A stretch of DNA of 64,000 nucleotides, taken from contig JBEKSC010000002.1 in the NCBI GenBank assembly GCA_049517415.1, positions 1 through 64,000 of the forward strand, given 5' to 3'. Under the pieces are notes generated by a model. That model did not search any database. It was not told the origin of the DNA and saw nothing but the letters and a program-made list of their open reading frames with translations. The position numbers and the translations under genes were made by a program. Every line of letters starts with the position of its first letter. Position 1 is the first letter of the stretch. This document shows, in pieces, positions 1 to 9,841 of this stretch. The stretch comes from Candidatus Bathyarchaeia archaeon. GTDB taxonomy: Archaea > Thermoproteota > Bathyarchaeia > 40CM-2-53-6.

Positions 1-157
1 GTGATTGCCGCGTTCAGGCCAACCAAGAAAAATGGAGGAAAAGATCGAAGAAAAGGATAAACTCCTGGGCAGGATAATTAGCGCGGCCTGAACGCCACGC
101 AGAAGACCCACCTAAGAATCACATGCTGGATTAGACTTTTCATAGGTGTGGTACTAC

Positions 158-183
158 TGGTGCGGGCAAAGCAATTTGAACTC
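158..183 (-). repeat. tRNA 3'-end-like repeat, isolated copy
   Basis: TGGTGCGGGCAAAGCAATTTGAACTC; reverse complement has T-loop TTCAAAT + 5 nt + TGCCCGC-A-CCA; same motif at 864, 930 and 978. Confidence 0.6.
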
Positions 184-238
184 TTGATTGGCATGTGCTT
201 CTTGTGTGACAACGTGAAAGATGTTGGCGCTGAGGCCC

Positions 239-580
239 CTAGAACTTCCACTTCTGTTTGTATGCTCGGTAGGAGAAGTATGTGAAGAGTAGTGCCAGAA
301 TAATGGACACAATTGGTCCGTACGACATATTCATTGGCAATGTAACTAGCCCCAGAAGGTGCGCTATAGTGGAAATTGCTCCTACAATCGTTGCCCCGAG
401 TGCGGTCCAACGAGCTTTTGACATCACTAATGGGGTGAAGATAAGCACAAGCAGTGTGTTGATGAAACCCTCCCATATGAGAGTAGGGTAGCCCATCAGA
501 AAATTAATAGCATAACCGAGTAGCATCCATGCCACCGAAAGAACTCCGAACGCAGCGGCTAGCTCCCTATTGGTTGGCAT
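239..580 (-). CDS. small hypothetical membrane protein (about 4 TM)
   Basis: 113 aa hydrophobic ORF; GAGGTGA SD-like motif upstream of ATG. Confidence 0.65.
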   Translation of the reverse strand: MPTNRELAAAFGVLSVAWMLLGYAINFLMGYPTLIWEGFINTLLVLIFTPLVMSKARWTALGATIVGAISTIAHLLGLVTLPMNMSYGPIVSIILALLFTYFSYRAYKQKWKF

Positions 581-848
581 GATCTCACCTCTTTCCCAGC
601 ATTTGTTGAGTAGCTTGACCCATCGTGCTCCTCACCGATGCTTCCAAGCAGCCGCTTTGTTGTGCCCGTTCAAGATTTGAGGCTTTGCATCTTGTATGAA
701 CTCCCTCATGACCTTCCCTGCGTCAGGACATGGACAGAATGCTAACCGAAGCTCGGATTGATGTCTGGAAAAAGCGATAACCGCTAGTGCATAGCTTGAT
801 TTTCTTCCACGTCACAATCACGTCGTCCGTCGTCGTTACATGATTTTT

Positions 849-1036
849 TGTGTGTGGCTCTCGTGGTGCGGGCATCGTGATTTGAACCGTCGCCGTTTGT
901 CGTTCGTAAAAGTGTGTGTGTGGGTCTAGTGGTGCGGGCAACGTAATTTGAACTCTAGTTTTGGTGTGTGTGTCTAATGGTGCGGGCGGTCAAATTTGGA
1001 CCGGTGTCGTTCGTCGTAGGTAAAATGTATGTGTGA
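849..1036 (-). repeat. degenerate tandem array of tRNA 3'-end-like repeats (3 copies)
   Basis: TGTGTG-N-TGGTGCGGGC-N5/6-ATTTG(A/G)AC cores start at 864, 930 and 978; geometry matches tRNA positions 52-76. Confidence 0.7.
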
Positions 1037-1118
1037 GCCTACGTCAATCGTTTCGGGCCATTGGTTTGGGTATTCTAGTTGGCCATGCTTCTTCATTCAC
1101 ATGCATAATTTCTCAACA

Positions 1119-2252
1119 TTACAATCCAAACCAGCGCATCCGGCGGCTGTATCCAAAGGACTGTTTATCATTGGCAAGGGCGGCGGAAGGGCCCTCGAAT
1201 CCCCCAGTGGGTTCAGGCCCCGAAAGGAAGTCCACATCCACTCGCCCGACTTTACCACCCCCAAACTCGACGTAGCAGGAACCTGCCCCGGAGTAGGGCG
1301 GGGGCTGTTCGCCGCCCTTTACATTCGCGATCAAGGCGGCTGCCACCACGCGCGCCGCTCCTTCCGAGAATACACCCGCCTTCGGCGTTCCAACACTCGT
1401 CACGTCACCTACCGCATACACCCCCGGAAAACGCGTTTTGAGGGTCTTCGGATCCACCGGGACCCAGCCGCCCTCGGTCATGCCGCTTTTCGCAACCACG
1501 TCTGGGACGCGGTGCTTGGGGATGCCTAGGAACAAGTCGTAGGGCATCTCGCTGGCGTCGTCGAGGATGGCAACTCTGCGCCCCGGGTCTAGGGCGCTCA
1601 CAAGCCGGTGGGGGATGAAGGTGATGCCTCGCTCGGCGAAGGCGCTAAGTAAGGCCCGGGAAGAGGCGGGCGAAGGGGGGACTGGAGCCCCGAACGGCAT
1701 AACCAGGCTGATCTCGCAGGCGCCGCGTAGTCCACGCGCGCTGAGATATTCATGCAGTAATAACGCCGCTTCGCTCGGCGCGGGCGGGCACTTGAAGGGC
1801 GTTGAGGTTACCCCGACGATGGCTCGGCCTTTGGTGAAGGTCGGGAGTACCTCTCGCAGGCGTTCAGCCCCGGCGAAGGAGTAGAATTCGTTACCGCCTT
1901 CCCTTAGCCCCGGTGTGGCCCCCAGGTCGTAGTCGGCACCCAGCGCCACCACCAGCACATCGGCCTCGTAAGTTCCGCGGTCGGTGGTAACGACTCGCCT
2001 CTTGGGGTCGATACCGGTGATCGTTTCCTGTCGGAAACGCACGCCTGGCTTGTCGATGGCACTGTAAGCGAAACGCACGGCCTCGGATGTCTCGCGTCCG
2101 AACATCACATCAAGCTTTGAAAAGCCGAAGAAAAAGGAATCATTCTTGTCGACCAGGGTAAGATCGAGGCGGTCGGGGAGCGCCTCCGACAACATCGTGC
2201 TCAGTTCCAATCCGCCGAAACCCGCACCCAGGACAACCACGCGGAGCTTCAT
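1119..2252 (-). CDS. sqr: FAD-dependent sulfide:quinone oxidoreductase-like protein
   Basis: GAGFGG Rossmann motif, KCPPAPSE, VYAVGD, C-terminal CYVEFG; visibly richer in GC than its flanks. Confidence 0.75.
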   Translation of the reverse strand: MKLRVVVLGAGFGGLELSTMLSEALPDRLDLTLVDKNDSFFFGFSKLDVMFGRETSEAVRFAYSAIDKPGVRFRQETITGIDPKRRVVTTDRGTYEADVLVVALGADYDLGATPGLREGGNEFYSFAGAERLREVLPTFTKGRAIVGVTSTPFKCPPAPSEAALLLHEYLSARGLRGACEISLVMPFGAPVPPSPASSRALLSAFAERGITFIPHRLVSALDPGRRVAILDDASEMPYDLFLGIPKHRVPDVVAKSGMTEGGWVPVDPKTLKTRFPGVYAVGDVTSVGTPKAGVFSEGAARVVAAALIANVKGGEQPPPYSGAGSCYVEFGGGKVGRVDVDFLSGPEPTGGFEGPSAALANDKQSFGYSRRMRWFGL

Positions 2253-2534
2253 GAGTTATCTCCTTTTCAGGCGAGATTCTCATAACCGCCAGGCAAGACG
2301 GGTTATGTTGCAAATAAGAGCTTCCAATAGCGGCCGATCACAGTCGCATCCCGTTTAACGAATAGTTCTGTCAACTCCGTTAGTACCAGATCTCTGCGGT
2401 TCATTTTGATTTCCAGTCCAACTATTCGGCTCGTTCCTGCTGGGTCTTACTTTGGTTTTTAGGCGGGTGTGAAGATGGCGTGGGTTGAGTAGGTTTCTAC
2501 TTGGGTCCCATTGGATCCCGATCTGTAACAGGAT

Positions 2535-3977
2535 TTAGGAAGCGGTTGAGAGGCCGGCGAGTGTTCGGGCTAGGTCTTTCTTTCTTTCCAGGTCGGCTAG
2601 TTGTTTGATGGTCATTTGCGCGGCTGCGGGAGAGCCGCCGCCGTGCATGCAGAGTGCCCCTAACCTGCCTGGGCCGGCGACCATGCTTTCGATCAGCCTA
2701 GCTACTCGTAACCTGTTCTCTGCTGTTACCCCATGTGTACCTCGGTAGTATTTTTCGACTAGTGGGCCGATTTTAGGGTTCTTCAAATCAAGTTCCGAGG
2801 GCATGCAGGATATCATTCCGCCGCCGATGTCTTCGGCGATTTTCTGAATCTCATATGGGAGCCTCGTTACACTGATTTTGGTGACGTTGGCTAGGAGGGG
2901 GTCGGGGAACCATACGCCGGATGGTGTTGGCTGGCCTTCGTAAGCAGCTCCTAGGGCTTGTGAGTATAGGGCCTCGGATAGGTACGTCATTTCAGCTAAC
3001 CGGTCGGAGAGTTGCCTAGACAGCCCATTGTATTCAGCTAGGAGTGCGCCTGCTCCAGTTAATACGTCGCCGCAGCCCGCTAGGCAACCGCCTAACACCA
3101 TTCTGTGGAGTAGAACGAACTTGGTCACGACATCCACAGCGAATTCACACTCGCCGTTCATGAATACGCGTTCTTTGGGTACGAAGACGTCGTCGAAGAC
3201 CACGAGCGATTCTGATGAGCCGAAGTTCACATTTCCCTTATCGAATCCGCCCTCCAATTTCCTTTCCCCGCCCGGCTGCATATCCACAATTTGCATCACG
3301 CCTTCCGTGTTCATTGGCACGGCAAAGGCGACGGCGTGCTCCTTCTCGGCTTCAACGAACCCCGTGCCTGGCTGAACTATAATCTCATGAGATCCTATTG
3401 CGCCGCCAATCATACTTTTGGCGCCCCGGACTACGATTCCTTTCTTATCCTCGTCCACTACTCTGAGGTAGACATCCTTGTCAGGCTGGTGTTTTGGCTT
3501 AAGGGACCGGTTGCCCTTCGGGTCCGTCAACGCTCCCGCGCAGCTTAGATCCTTACCCTGCACCATCTCGGCGTACCGTTTCAGTCGCTTGTGGTACTCC
3601 GTCCCGAGTTGGGCATCCATCTCATACGTCGAGTTCCAAAGCGCGTTGAGCGCGTCCCAGCCGCAGCAGCGGCTCGCCGTGCAAACTCCCGTCCATTGAC
3701 AAACAAGCCGCGCCGCCTTTACGCGGTTTACGAGATCCTCTCTAGACTTATGGATTGAGCAGTATGCGCTGATTTTCGCGCCGCCTTCACCAGTTCTCGT
3801 TAGGAGGCCGTCGTACCTGGGCTGTTTGGAGAGGTTGTAGATTTCACCAATGCCTTCCAACGCCAGGCGCGTGAACGTGTTTTTTGTTACGTCTTGAATG
3901 CGGTCGCCGCGCATGTAGGCCTCCGACTTTAGCCGCTTCATGCTCTGGATGTATTGTTGCTTCGACTTGAGGACCAT
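2535..3977 (-). CDS. abfD: 4-hydroxybutyryl-CoA dehydratase (AbfD/HpaB family)
   Basis: CTASRCCGWD, ALTDPKGNRS, VVRGAK, HRMVLGGC, MHGGGSP motifs. Confidence 0.8.
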   Translation of the reverse strand: MVLKSKQQYIQSMKRLKSEAYMRGDRIQDVTKNTFTRLALEGIGEIYNLSKQPRYDGLLTRTGEGGAKISAYCSIHKSREDLVNRVKAARLVCQWTGVCTASRCCGWDALNALWNSTYEMDAQLGTEYHKRLKRYAEMVQGKDLSCAGALTDPKGNRSLKPKHQPDKDVYLRVVDEDKKGIVVRGAKSMIGGAIGSHEIIVQPGTGFVEAEKEHAVAFAVPMNTEGVMQIVDMQPGGERKLEGGFDKGNVNFGSSESLVVFDDVFVPKERVFMNGECEFAVDVVTKFVLLHRMVLGGCLAGCGDVLTGAGALLAEYNGLSRQLSDRLAEMTYLSEALYSQALGAAYEGQPTPSGVWFPDPLLANVTKISVTRLPYEIQKIAEDIGGGMISCMPSELDLKNPKIGPLVEKYYRGTHGVTAENRLRVARLIESMVAGPGRLGALCMHGGGSPAAAQMTIKQLADLERKKDLARTLAGLSTAS

Positions 3978-3986
3978 CTCAAACCC

Positions 3987-5123
3987 TCACAGAAGCTCGT
4001 TGGAAATCACTAGTCGCTGAATCTCTGATGTCCCCTCGTAAATTTCCGTAATCTTCGCGTCCCGGTAGTATCTCTCGAGCGGTAGGTCCGTCATGTAGCC
4101 GTATCCTCCGTAGATTTGTAATGCCTTGCGGGCAGCTTCGACTGCGGTTGATGCGGCGAAGAGCTTAGCCATGCTAGCCTCCTTCGTGTGCTTTCTTCCC
4201 TGGTCTGTAAGGGCAGCAGCATGGTAGGTGAGCAGTCTCGCGGCTTCAATTTCGGTCGCCATGTCCGCGATCATCCAACGAATCGCTTGTTGGTCGCTGA
4301 TGGGTTTGCCGAACTGAACCCTCGTCCTTGCATGCTCGATCGCAGCATCCAGGGACGCTTGGGCTATGCCTACGGCTTGTGCTGCAATACTAATCCGCCC
4401 ACAATCCAACGTGTCCATCGCAATCTTGAATCCCTCCCCCGGCCGGCCAAGCATGTTCCTCGCCGGAACTCGCACGTTATCGAAAATTACTTCAGAAACC
4501 ATCGACGAACGTATTCCCATCTTATCAAATATCTTCCCAATCTTGACGCCAGGCATATTCCGGTCAACGATGAAACATGATATCCCTCGGTGCGCGAGTG
4601 ATTTATCCGTCATCGCGAAGACCAGGTAGGTGCTCGCCATCGGGGCGTTGACGATGAAGTACTTGCGGCCACGGATCACGTAATCATCGCTGCTCAGCGT
4701 CGCCTTCGTTTCCATCGAGGCTACATCGCTTCCGGCCCCAGGTTCGGTTAAGCAGAATGACCCGAACTTCGAACCTTGGGCCAATGGTGTCAAGTAAAGT
4801 ACCTTTTGCGGTTCGGTTCCGTATGTTAGCAGTGGCTGGCTGACGAGTGACACGTGTACAGCCAAAGTGACCCCGAGGGCAGCGGAACCGCGGGAGATTT
4901 CCTCTACGGCAAGAACATAGCTTAGTATGTCTTGGCCGCCTCCTCCATACCTTTTTGGAATCGGCAGGCCAGTCAGGCCGGCCTTAGCCATTGCGCGCCA
5001 AGTTTCCGTCGGGAATTTATTGCTCTTGTCCCAACCATCAGCCTTCGGTAAGACAAGTTTCTCCGCGAAGCTACGGGCTGTCCGAAGCACGTCTTCTTGG
5101 CGCTTACTCAATGTGAACTCCAT
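3987..5123 (-). CDS. acyl-CoA dehydrogenase (butyryl-CoA type)
   Basis: CLTEPGAGSD, KMGIRSS, GRISIAAQAVG, YRDAKITEIYEGTSEIQR; start moved to the ATG at 5123. Confidence 0.92.
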   Translation of the reverse strand: MEFTLSKRQEDVLRTARSFAEKLVLPKADGWDKSNKFPTETWRAMAKAGLTGLPIPKRYGGGGQDILSYVLAVEEISRGSAALGVTLAVHVSLVSQPLLTYGTEPQKVLYLTPLAQGSKFGSFCLTEPGAGSDVASMETKATLSSDDYVIRGRKYFIVNAPMASTYLVFAMTDKSLAHRGISCFIVDRNMPGVKIGKIFDKMGIRSSMVSEVIFDNVRVPARNMLGRPGEGFKIAMDTLDCGRISIAAQAVGIAQASLDAAIEHARTRVQFGKPISDQQAIRWMIADMATEIEAARLLTYHAAALTDQGRKHTKEASMAKLFAASTAVEAARKALQIYGGYGYMTDLPLERYYRDAKITEIYEGTSEIQRLVISNELL

Positions 5124-5405
5124 ACCGACCCCTATCAGGGGTAGCGTAATTACCGGGAAATAGCTGTTCAATACGAACAATACGAACAATACTTACGGTT
5201 CCGCTAACTTGTCTTCGGACAAGTCAGCTGGCCTCCATCGACTTTCAGGATTACCTTCGGCGCTTCTGAGCCTTCATTGTGTTCCTGTACCATTGCTTCA
5301 CTTGGAAGCCCTACGGCCCGAACCTCAGCGCCCTTCGGCGTCAATTACAGTCGCCAATGATCCTGAGCATTGTGCATATATAATACGTCGCGTAAGACAC
5401 GTTGT

Positions 5406-5624
5406 ATGACAGAGACATTGACCGTTAGGCTCTCAGAGCATGAGAAGCAGGAGCTGCAAAAACATGGAACACTCTCAGATGTGGTTAGAGAAGCAATCCG
5501 TCTCTATCTGAGAAGCAAGAACTCCAAGCGAACAATATCACGATTAAAGGAACTGCAGAAGACACCGATTGCCAGCTCGATCAACGATGACTTAAGGCTT
5601 ATCCGGGCGGATCGCGAACGATGA
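5406..5624 (+). CDS. vapB: ribbon-helix-helix antitoxin (VapB-like)
   Basis: TLTVRL...LSDVVREAIRLYL RHH pattern; overlaps the PIN gene by ATGA. Confidence 0.75.
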   Translation: MTETLTVRLSEHEKQELQKHGTLSDVVREAIRLYLRSKNSKRTISRLKELQKTPIASSINDDLRLIRADRER

Positions 5625-5998
5625 AGGTGGCTGACAGCAGCTACCTCATTGAGGGAATTCTGAGAGACGCCAACCTGCTGGCAAATGAAACATTTCTTTC
5701 CTCAGACCTCGCTTTGTACGAGGTCATCAATGCGCTATGGAAACACGAAACCCTGATCAAGGATCTTAAGGAATCCTGGGCACGCATAAGCCTGTTCTCA
5801 GAATTAGTGTCAGCCGAAACAATCCAATTGATAAGACCAGACAAGAAACTCCTCGAAAAGACATACTCGCTTTCGCGAAAACACCGGGCATCTACGTACG
5901 ATATGGTGTTTGTTGCTTTGGCTTTGGAATTAGGCTTGGAGTTGAAAACGTATGATTCTAGACAGTCCACAATCATGTCCAAGGAAACGCACACCTGA
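5621..5998 (+). CDS. vapC: PIN-domain toxin (VapC)
   Basis: VADSS, YEVINAL, YDMVFVALA, LKTYD acidic PIN motifs. Confidence 0.85.
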   Translation: MKVADSSYLIEGILRDANLLANETFLSSDLALYEVINALWKHETLIKDLKESWARISLFSELVSAETIQLIRPDKKLLEKTYSLSRKHRASTYDMVFVALALELGLELKTYDSRQSTIMSKETHT

Positions 5999-6089
5999 TT
6001 GTTCAAACAGGGGCTCCGCTACCGATGTACACACCGGTACTTTCTCTCTTGAACCATCCACTTGTTCTTGCCTTGCCTCTGAGAACTCA

Positions 6090-6671
6090 CTAGAGGCGCT
6101 TTAGCAGCTCCTCGGTGTCTATTACTGTAGCGAATTCCTCGTTCAAACTCGCAAGGTTGACTGCGTAGATGTCCTCTGCTCTGTATGACTTACCATCAGG
6201 GCCTACTCGATCAAAGGTCGCGGTAGCGTCGGCGACCACGTAAGTATCAAAGCCCAAGTTGCCAGCCATGCGTGCAGAAGTCGAAACACAATGATCCGTC
6301 GTTAGGCCAATGAGAACCACCGTCTTCAAACCACTCTGTCTGAGGCGAGCTTCAAGGTCGGTTCCGATGAATGCGCTGTTGACATTCTTCTGAATAACGG
6401 GCTCGTCGGCACGCGGTTTGGCTGCATCCTTAATTTCAAACCCAGGCGACTCAGGGCCCAAGAGGGAACCGGGGGTACGCGAACGATGCTGTATGTGGAA
6501 GAGTGGGCGGCCGGTCTTTCGCCACGCCTCCAATAATCTTGCGATGTTAGATTCCGCTTCAGGGTTATTCCTGCGACCGCAACTCGGGTCGTCAAAGCCT
6601 TTCTGGACGTCAATTATGATTAGAGCCGCATTTTTCGGGAAGGGTTGAGTTTGGGGTTTCATAATGGCCAT
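6090..6671 (-). CDS. isochorismatase-family cysteine hydrolase
   Basis: ALIIIDVQKGF, KNVNSAFIGT, GLTTDHCVSTSAR. Confidence 0.9.
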   Translation of the reverse strand: MAIMKPQTQPFPKNAALIIIDVQKGFDDPSCGRRNNPEAESNIARLLEAWRKTGRPLFHIQHRSRTPGSLLGPESPGFEIKDAAKPRADEPVIQKNVNSAFIGTDLEARLRQSGLKTVVLIGLTTDHCVSTSARMAGNLGFDTYVVADATATFDRVGPDGKSYRAEDIYAVNLASLNEEFATVIDTEELLKRL

Positions 6672-6768
6672 TGACCGCTTGCTCCATTTCCGCTTTTTAT
6701 GTTTTCCAAGAATGGATGCACTTGATTACCGGAAAGAGTAACTATTCAGGCAAAGGAGTACCTTCGTT

Positions 6769-7095
6769 GTGCGGGGTCAGCGAGGTTTGAGCGGGTACGT
6801 GAAAGTCTGCGAAACCACCGATGTTCCACCCGGGACCATGCATCCCGTTGACGTAGGCGAGAATAAGCTGATGGTCGTCAACGTAGACGGTTCGCTATAT
6901 GCAGTGAACCGGATATGCACCCATGAAACCGCAGTCCTATCGACCGGTTTCCTCGTGGGAGCCGTGGTAACCTGCCCACTGCACTTGTCGAGGTTTAATG
7001 TGAAAACTGGCGAGGTAGAGAACCTTCCAGCTACAGTGCCGCTTGTGACGTATGGTTTGAAGATTGAAGGGACAAGCGTATACGTCAGAGTGTAG
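6769..7095 (+). CDS. Rieske non-heme iron ferredoxin
   Basis: CTH...CPLH ligand motifs; lies upstream of sufS. Confidence 0.85.
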   Translation: MRGQRGLSGYVKVCETTDVPPGTMHPVDVGENKLMVVNVDGSLYAVNRICTHETAVLSTGFLVGAVVTCPLHLSRFNVKTGEVENLPATVPLVTYGLKIEGTSVYVRV

Positions 7096-7174
7096 GCTCA
7101 GTCATAATTAGTTGGAGAATTTATATCCCGTACGTCATACACGTTACTTCAACCAATGTTCGCCGGTCTAGGTA

Positions 7175-8419
7175 ATGGTCGAAGAAGTTACAACGATAAA
7201 TGTTTCTAAGCTCCGGGAAGACTTTCCAGTTCTAAAGCGCCAAGTTAACGGAAAGCCACTCATCTACTTCGATAACGCCGCCACATCACAGAAACCCGAA
7301 TCCGTCATAGAAACTATGAACAAATACTACCGGGAATACAATGCGAACATACATCGCGGAATCCACAAACTAGCTGAGGAAGCAACCCTCGCCCATGAAG
7401 AAGCAAGAGAAAAAATCGCCAAATTCATCAACGCCAAGCACACCGAAGAAATAATCTTCACACGAAACGCAACTGAAGCGATAAACCTAGTCGCCTATGC
7501 CTGGGGCAGGGCGAACGTTGGGAAGGGGGACAAGATTGTCTTAACGATAATGGAGCACCACAGCAACATAGTTCCGTGGCAGTTGCTTGCCCAAGAAAAG
7601 GGCGCCAACGTTGAATACGTAAAGATCAATAGTGAAGGGTTGCTCCGCCTAGATGAACTTCACGAGCTAATTGATGAGAGAACGAAGATCGTGTGCGTAA
7701 CTCATGCCTCTAACGCGCTTGGAACAATTAACCCAGTTAAGGAGATCGGCAAGGTCGCCCACCGCTACGGTGCAATGTTCCTAGTTGACGCAGCCCAGGC
7801 CGTTCCGCACTTGCCCGTTGACGTTAGGGATGTTGACAGTGACTTCTTCGCCTTCTCAGGCCACAAGATGTTGGGCCCCACCGGAATTGGAGTCCTCCAC
7901 GGGAAGAGCGAACATTTGCGGAGGATGCCACCATTCTTGGGTGGTGGGGAAATGATAAGGGAAGTTCACACTACCGGAGCGTCGTGGAAGGACATTCCAT
8001 ACAAGTACGAGGCTGGGACACCAAACATAGCCGGCGCCATCGGCTTCGGGGCCGCAGTGGATTATCTCAGAGAGATCGGAATGGAGAACGTCCATGAGCA
8101 TGAGAGAGAAATCGCCAAGTACGCAATTGGAAGAATGAGCGAAGTGAAGGACCTCACCCTATTTGGTCCCAGGGACATTGCGAAAAGGGTCGGCGTTCTC
8201 TCTTTCAATCTTGGAGACATCCACGCCCACGACTTGGCTTCAATCTTGGACGAGGAAGGAATCGCCATAAGGTCGGGGCACCATTGCGCCCAACCCTTGA
8301 TGGAATTCCTGAACGTTCCCGCCATGGCGAGGGCAAGCTTTTACATTTACAACACGAAGGAGGAAGTTGACGTATTCATCAACGCCCTTGAGAAGGCTAG
8401 GAAGCTATTTGCGCGATGA
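7175..8419 (+). CDS. sufS: cysteine desulfurase SufS
   Basis: YFDNAATSQKP, SGHKMLGPTG, RSGHHCAQP. Confidence 0.95.
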   Translation: MVEEVTTINVSKLREDFPVLKRQVNGKPLIYFDNAATSQKPESVIETMNKYYREYNANIHRGIHKLAEEATLAHEEAREKIAKFINAKHTEEIIFTRNATEAINLVAYAWGRANVGKGDKIVLTIMEHHSNIVPWQLLAQEKGANVEYVKINSEGLLRLDELHELIDERTKIVCVTHASNALGTINPVKEIGKVAHRYGAMFLVDAAQAVPHLPVDVRDVDSDFFAFSGHKMLGPTGIGVLHGKSEHLRRMPPFLGGGEMIREVHTTGASWKDIPYKYEAGTPNIAGAIGFGAAVDYLREIGMENVHEHEREIAKYAIGRMSEVKDLTLFGPRDIAKRVGVLSFNLGDIHAHDLASILDEEGIAIRSGHHCAQPLMEFLNVPAMARASFYIYNTKEEVDVFINALEKARKLFAR

Positions 8420-8823
8420 GTTCTGAAATCTACAAAGACATTATTTTGGACTATTACCGGAACCCGCGCAACTTCGGTGACCTACCGGAGCCGGATGTCC
8501 GCGCGAAGGACTCGAATCCGGTATGCGGTGACATCATAGAGATGCAGTTGAAGATCAAGGACGGTAAGGTGGACGATATACGGTTCAAGGGTAAAGGCTG
8601 CGCCATTAGCCAAGCCTCAGCTTCGATGCTCACTGAGGCTGTTAAAGGGAAAACACTTGACGAAATCAAAACCATGGGCAAATCTAGCGTGCTAGAGCTC
8701 ATAGGCATAGACCCGGGCCCGACTCGAATCAAATGCGCCCTGTTAGGCTTGAAAGTGCTGAAACTCAGTGTTTACGGCTACCTCGGGCAAGCAGTAACCG
8801 ATGAAGTAAGGCAACTAGTCTAA
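8416..8823 (+). CDS. sufU: Fe-S cluster scaffold SufU/IscU
   Basis: NPVCGD, GCAISQAS, RIKCALL; translationally coupled to sufS. Confidence 0.92.
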   Translation: MSSEIYKDIILDYYRNPRNFGDLPEPDVRAKDSNPVCGDIIEMQLKIKDGKVDDIRFKGKGCAISQASASMLTEAVKGKTLDEIKTMGKSSVLELIGIDPGPTRIKCALLGLKVLKLSVYGYLGQAVTDEVRQLV

Positions 8824-8933
8824 CTACGCCCTTGCAGTTAATTCAATAGCAAGTCAGTTTGCGGGAACTGATGTTCCTGCCTGTTTTGGTTGGATGAAAA
8901 GTTTATGTTAGATGCGGCTAACGTAGGGAACTC

Positions 8934-9542
8934 ATGCCAAACAAATATGTTCTTCCGGAATTGCCATACAAATACAACGCGCTCGAACCAGTCATTTCCC
9001 AAGAAATAATGACACTGCACCACGACAAACACCACGCAGCCTACGTTACCGGCGCAAATGCGGCCCTCGACAAACTCGACAAAGCCCGTAAGGGCGAAGC
9101 CCCAGTCGACATCAGAGCAGTCCTCAGGGATTACAGCTTCAACTACGGAGGCCACATCCTCCACAGCATCTTCTGGCCCAACATGGCCACTCCCGGCAAG
9201 GGAGGTGGAACCCCAGGAGGAGCCATCGCCGACAAAATCAACGCCGACTTCGGTAGCTTCGACAAATTCAAACAACAATTCTCAGACGCAGCCAAAACCG
9301 TCGAAGGCTCAGGATGGGCACTCCTACTCTACGACAACACAACCGACCAACTAGTCCTTACCCAAGTCGAAAAACAAAACTTCATGCACCTCGCCCAACT
9401 CCCAATCCTACTCGGCCTCGACGTATGGGAACATGCGTATTATCTCCTCTACAAAAACGACAGGGCAAAATATGTGGACGAGTGGTGGAAGGTCGTTAAC
9501 TTCGACGATGTAGCATCAAGATACGCCAAAGCCAAGAAGTAA
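8934..9542 (+). CDS. sod: Fe/Mn superoxide dismutase
   Basis: LHHDKHH, GHILHSIFW, DVWEHAYY. Confidence 0.96.
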   Translation: MPNKYVLPELPYKYNALEPVISQEIMTLHHDKHHAAYVTGANAALDKLDKARKGEAPVDIRAVLRDYSFNYGGHILHSIFWPNMATPGKGGGTPGGAIADKINADFGSFDKFKQQFSDAAKTVEGSGWALLLYDNTTDQLVLTQVEKQNFMHLAQLPILLGLDVWEHAYYLLYKNDRAKYVDEWWKVVNFDDVASRYAKAKK

Positions 9543-9543
9543 A

Positions 9544-9588
9544 ATTCTTCCTTCCCGCCTTTCTTTTTCTCACTTTTTTTACTTTCTC
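9544..9588 (+). terminator. oligo-pyrimidine (T-tract) archaeal terminator
   Basis: TTTCTTTTTCTCACTTTTTT directly after the sod stop. Confidence 0.55.
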
Positions 9589-9615
9589 AACCAGTTCTCA
9601 ACATACTGCGCTTTC

Positions 9616-9723
9616 TTGTCCATCTTTTCCGCCGAAGAAATCAGCTCATGCAAGCTAAGCATAGCTGACGATACAGGGATCTTTGACTGCGGCGATTCCG
9701 CGCTTAACGACTACATATGTTGA
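9616..9723 (+). pseudogene. N-terminal fragment of a GNAT acetyltransferase (TacT/AtaT-like)
   Basis: translates to ...KLSIADDTGIFDCGDSALNDYIC*; F-x-CG-x3-LNDY motif followed by an early stop. Confidence 0.5.
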
Positions 9724-9841
9724 CGAGTGATGGCACATCTTTTTCTCATTAGGTACGGTGCCTCGGCATAAGGTTCAAAAAGTACTAAGTACGTAGGTTC
9801 ATACAGCCTTCTGACGGCAATAGTCACAGGGTGTTTTTTAT

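Noticed and set aside
849..1036. CRISPR array
   Set aside because: Repeats are degenerate and irregularly spaced, spacers resemble each other, and there are no cas genes in the window
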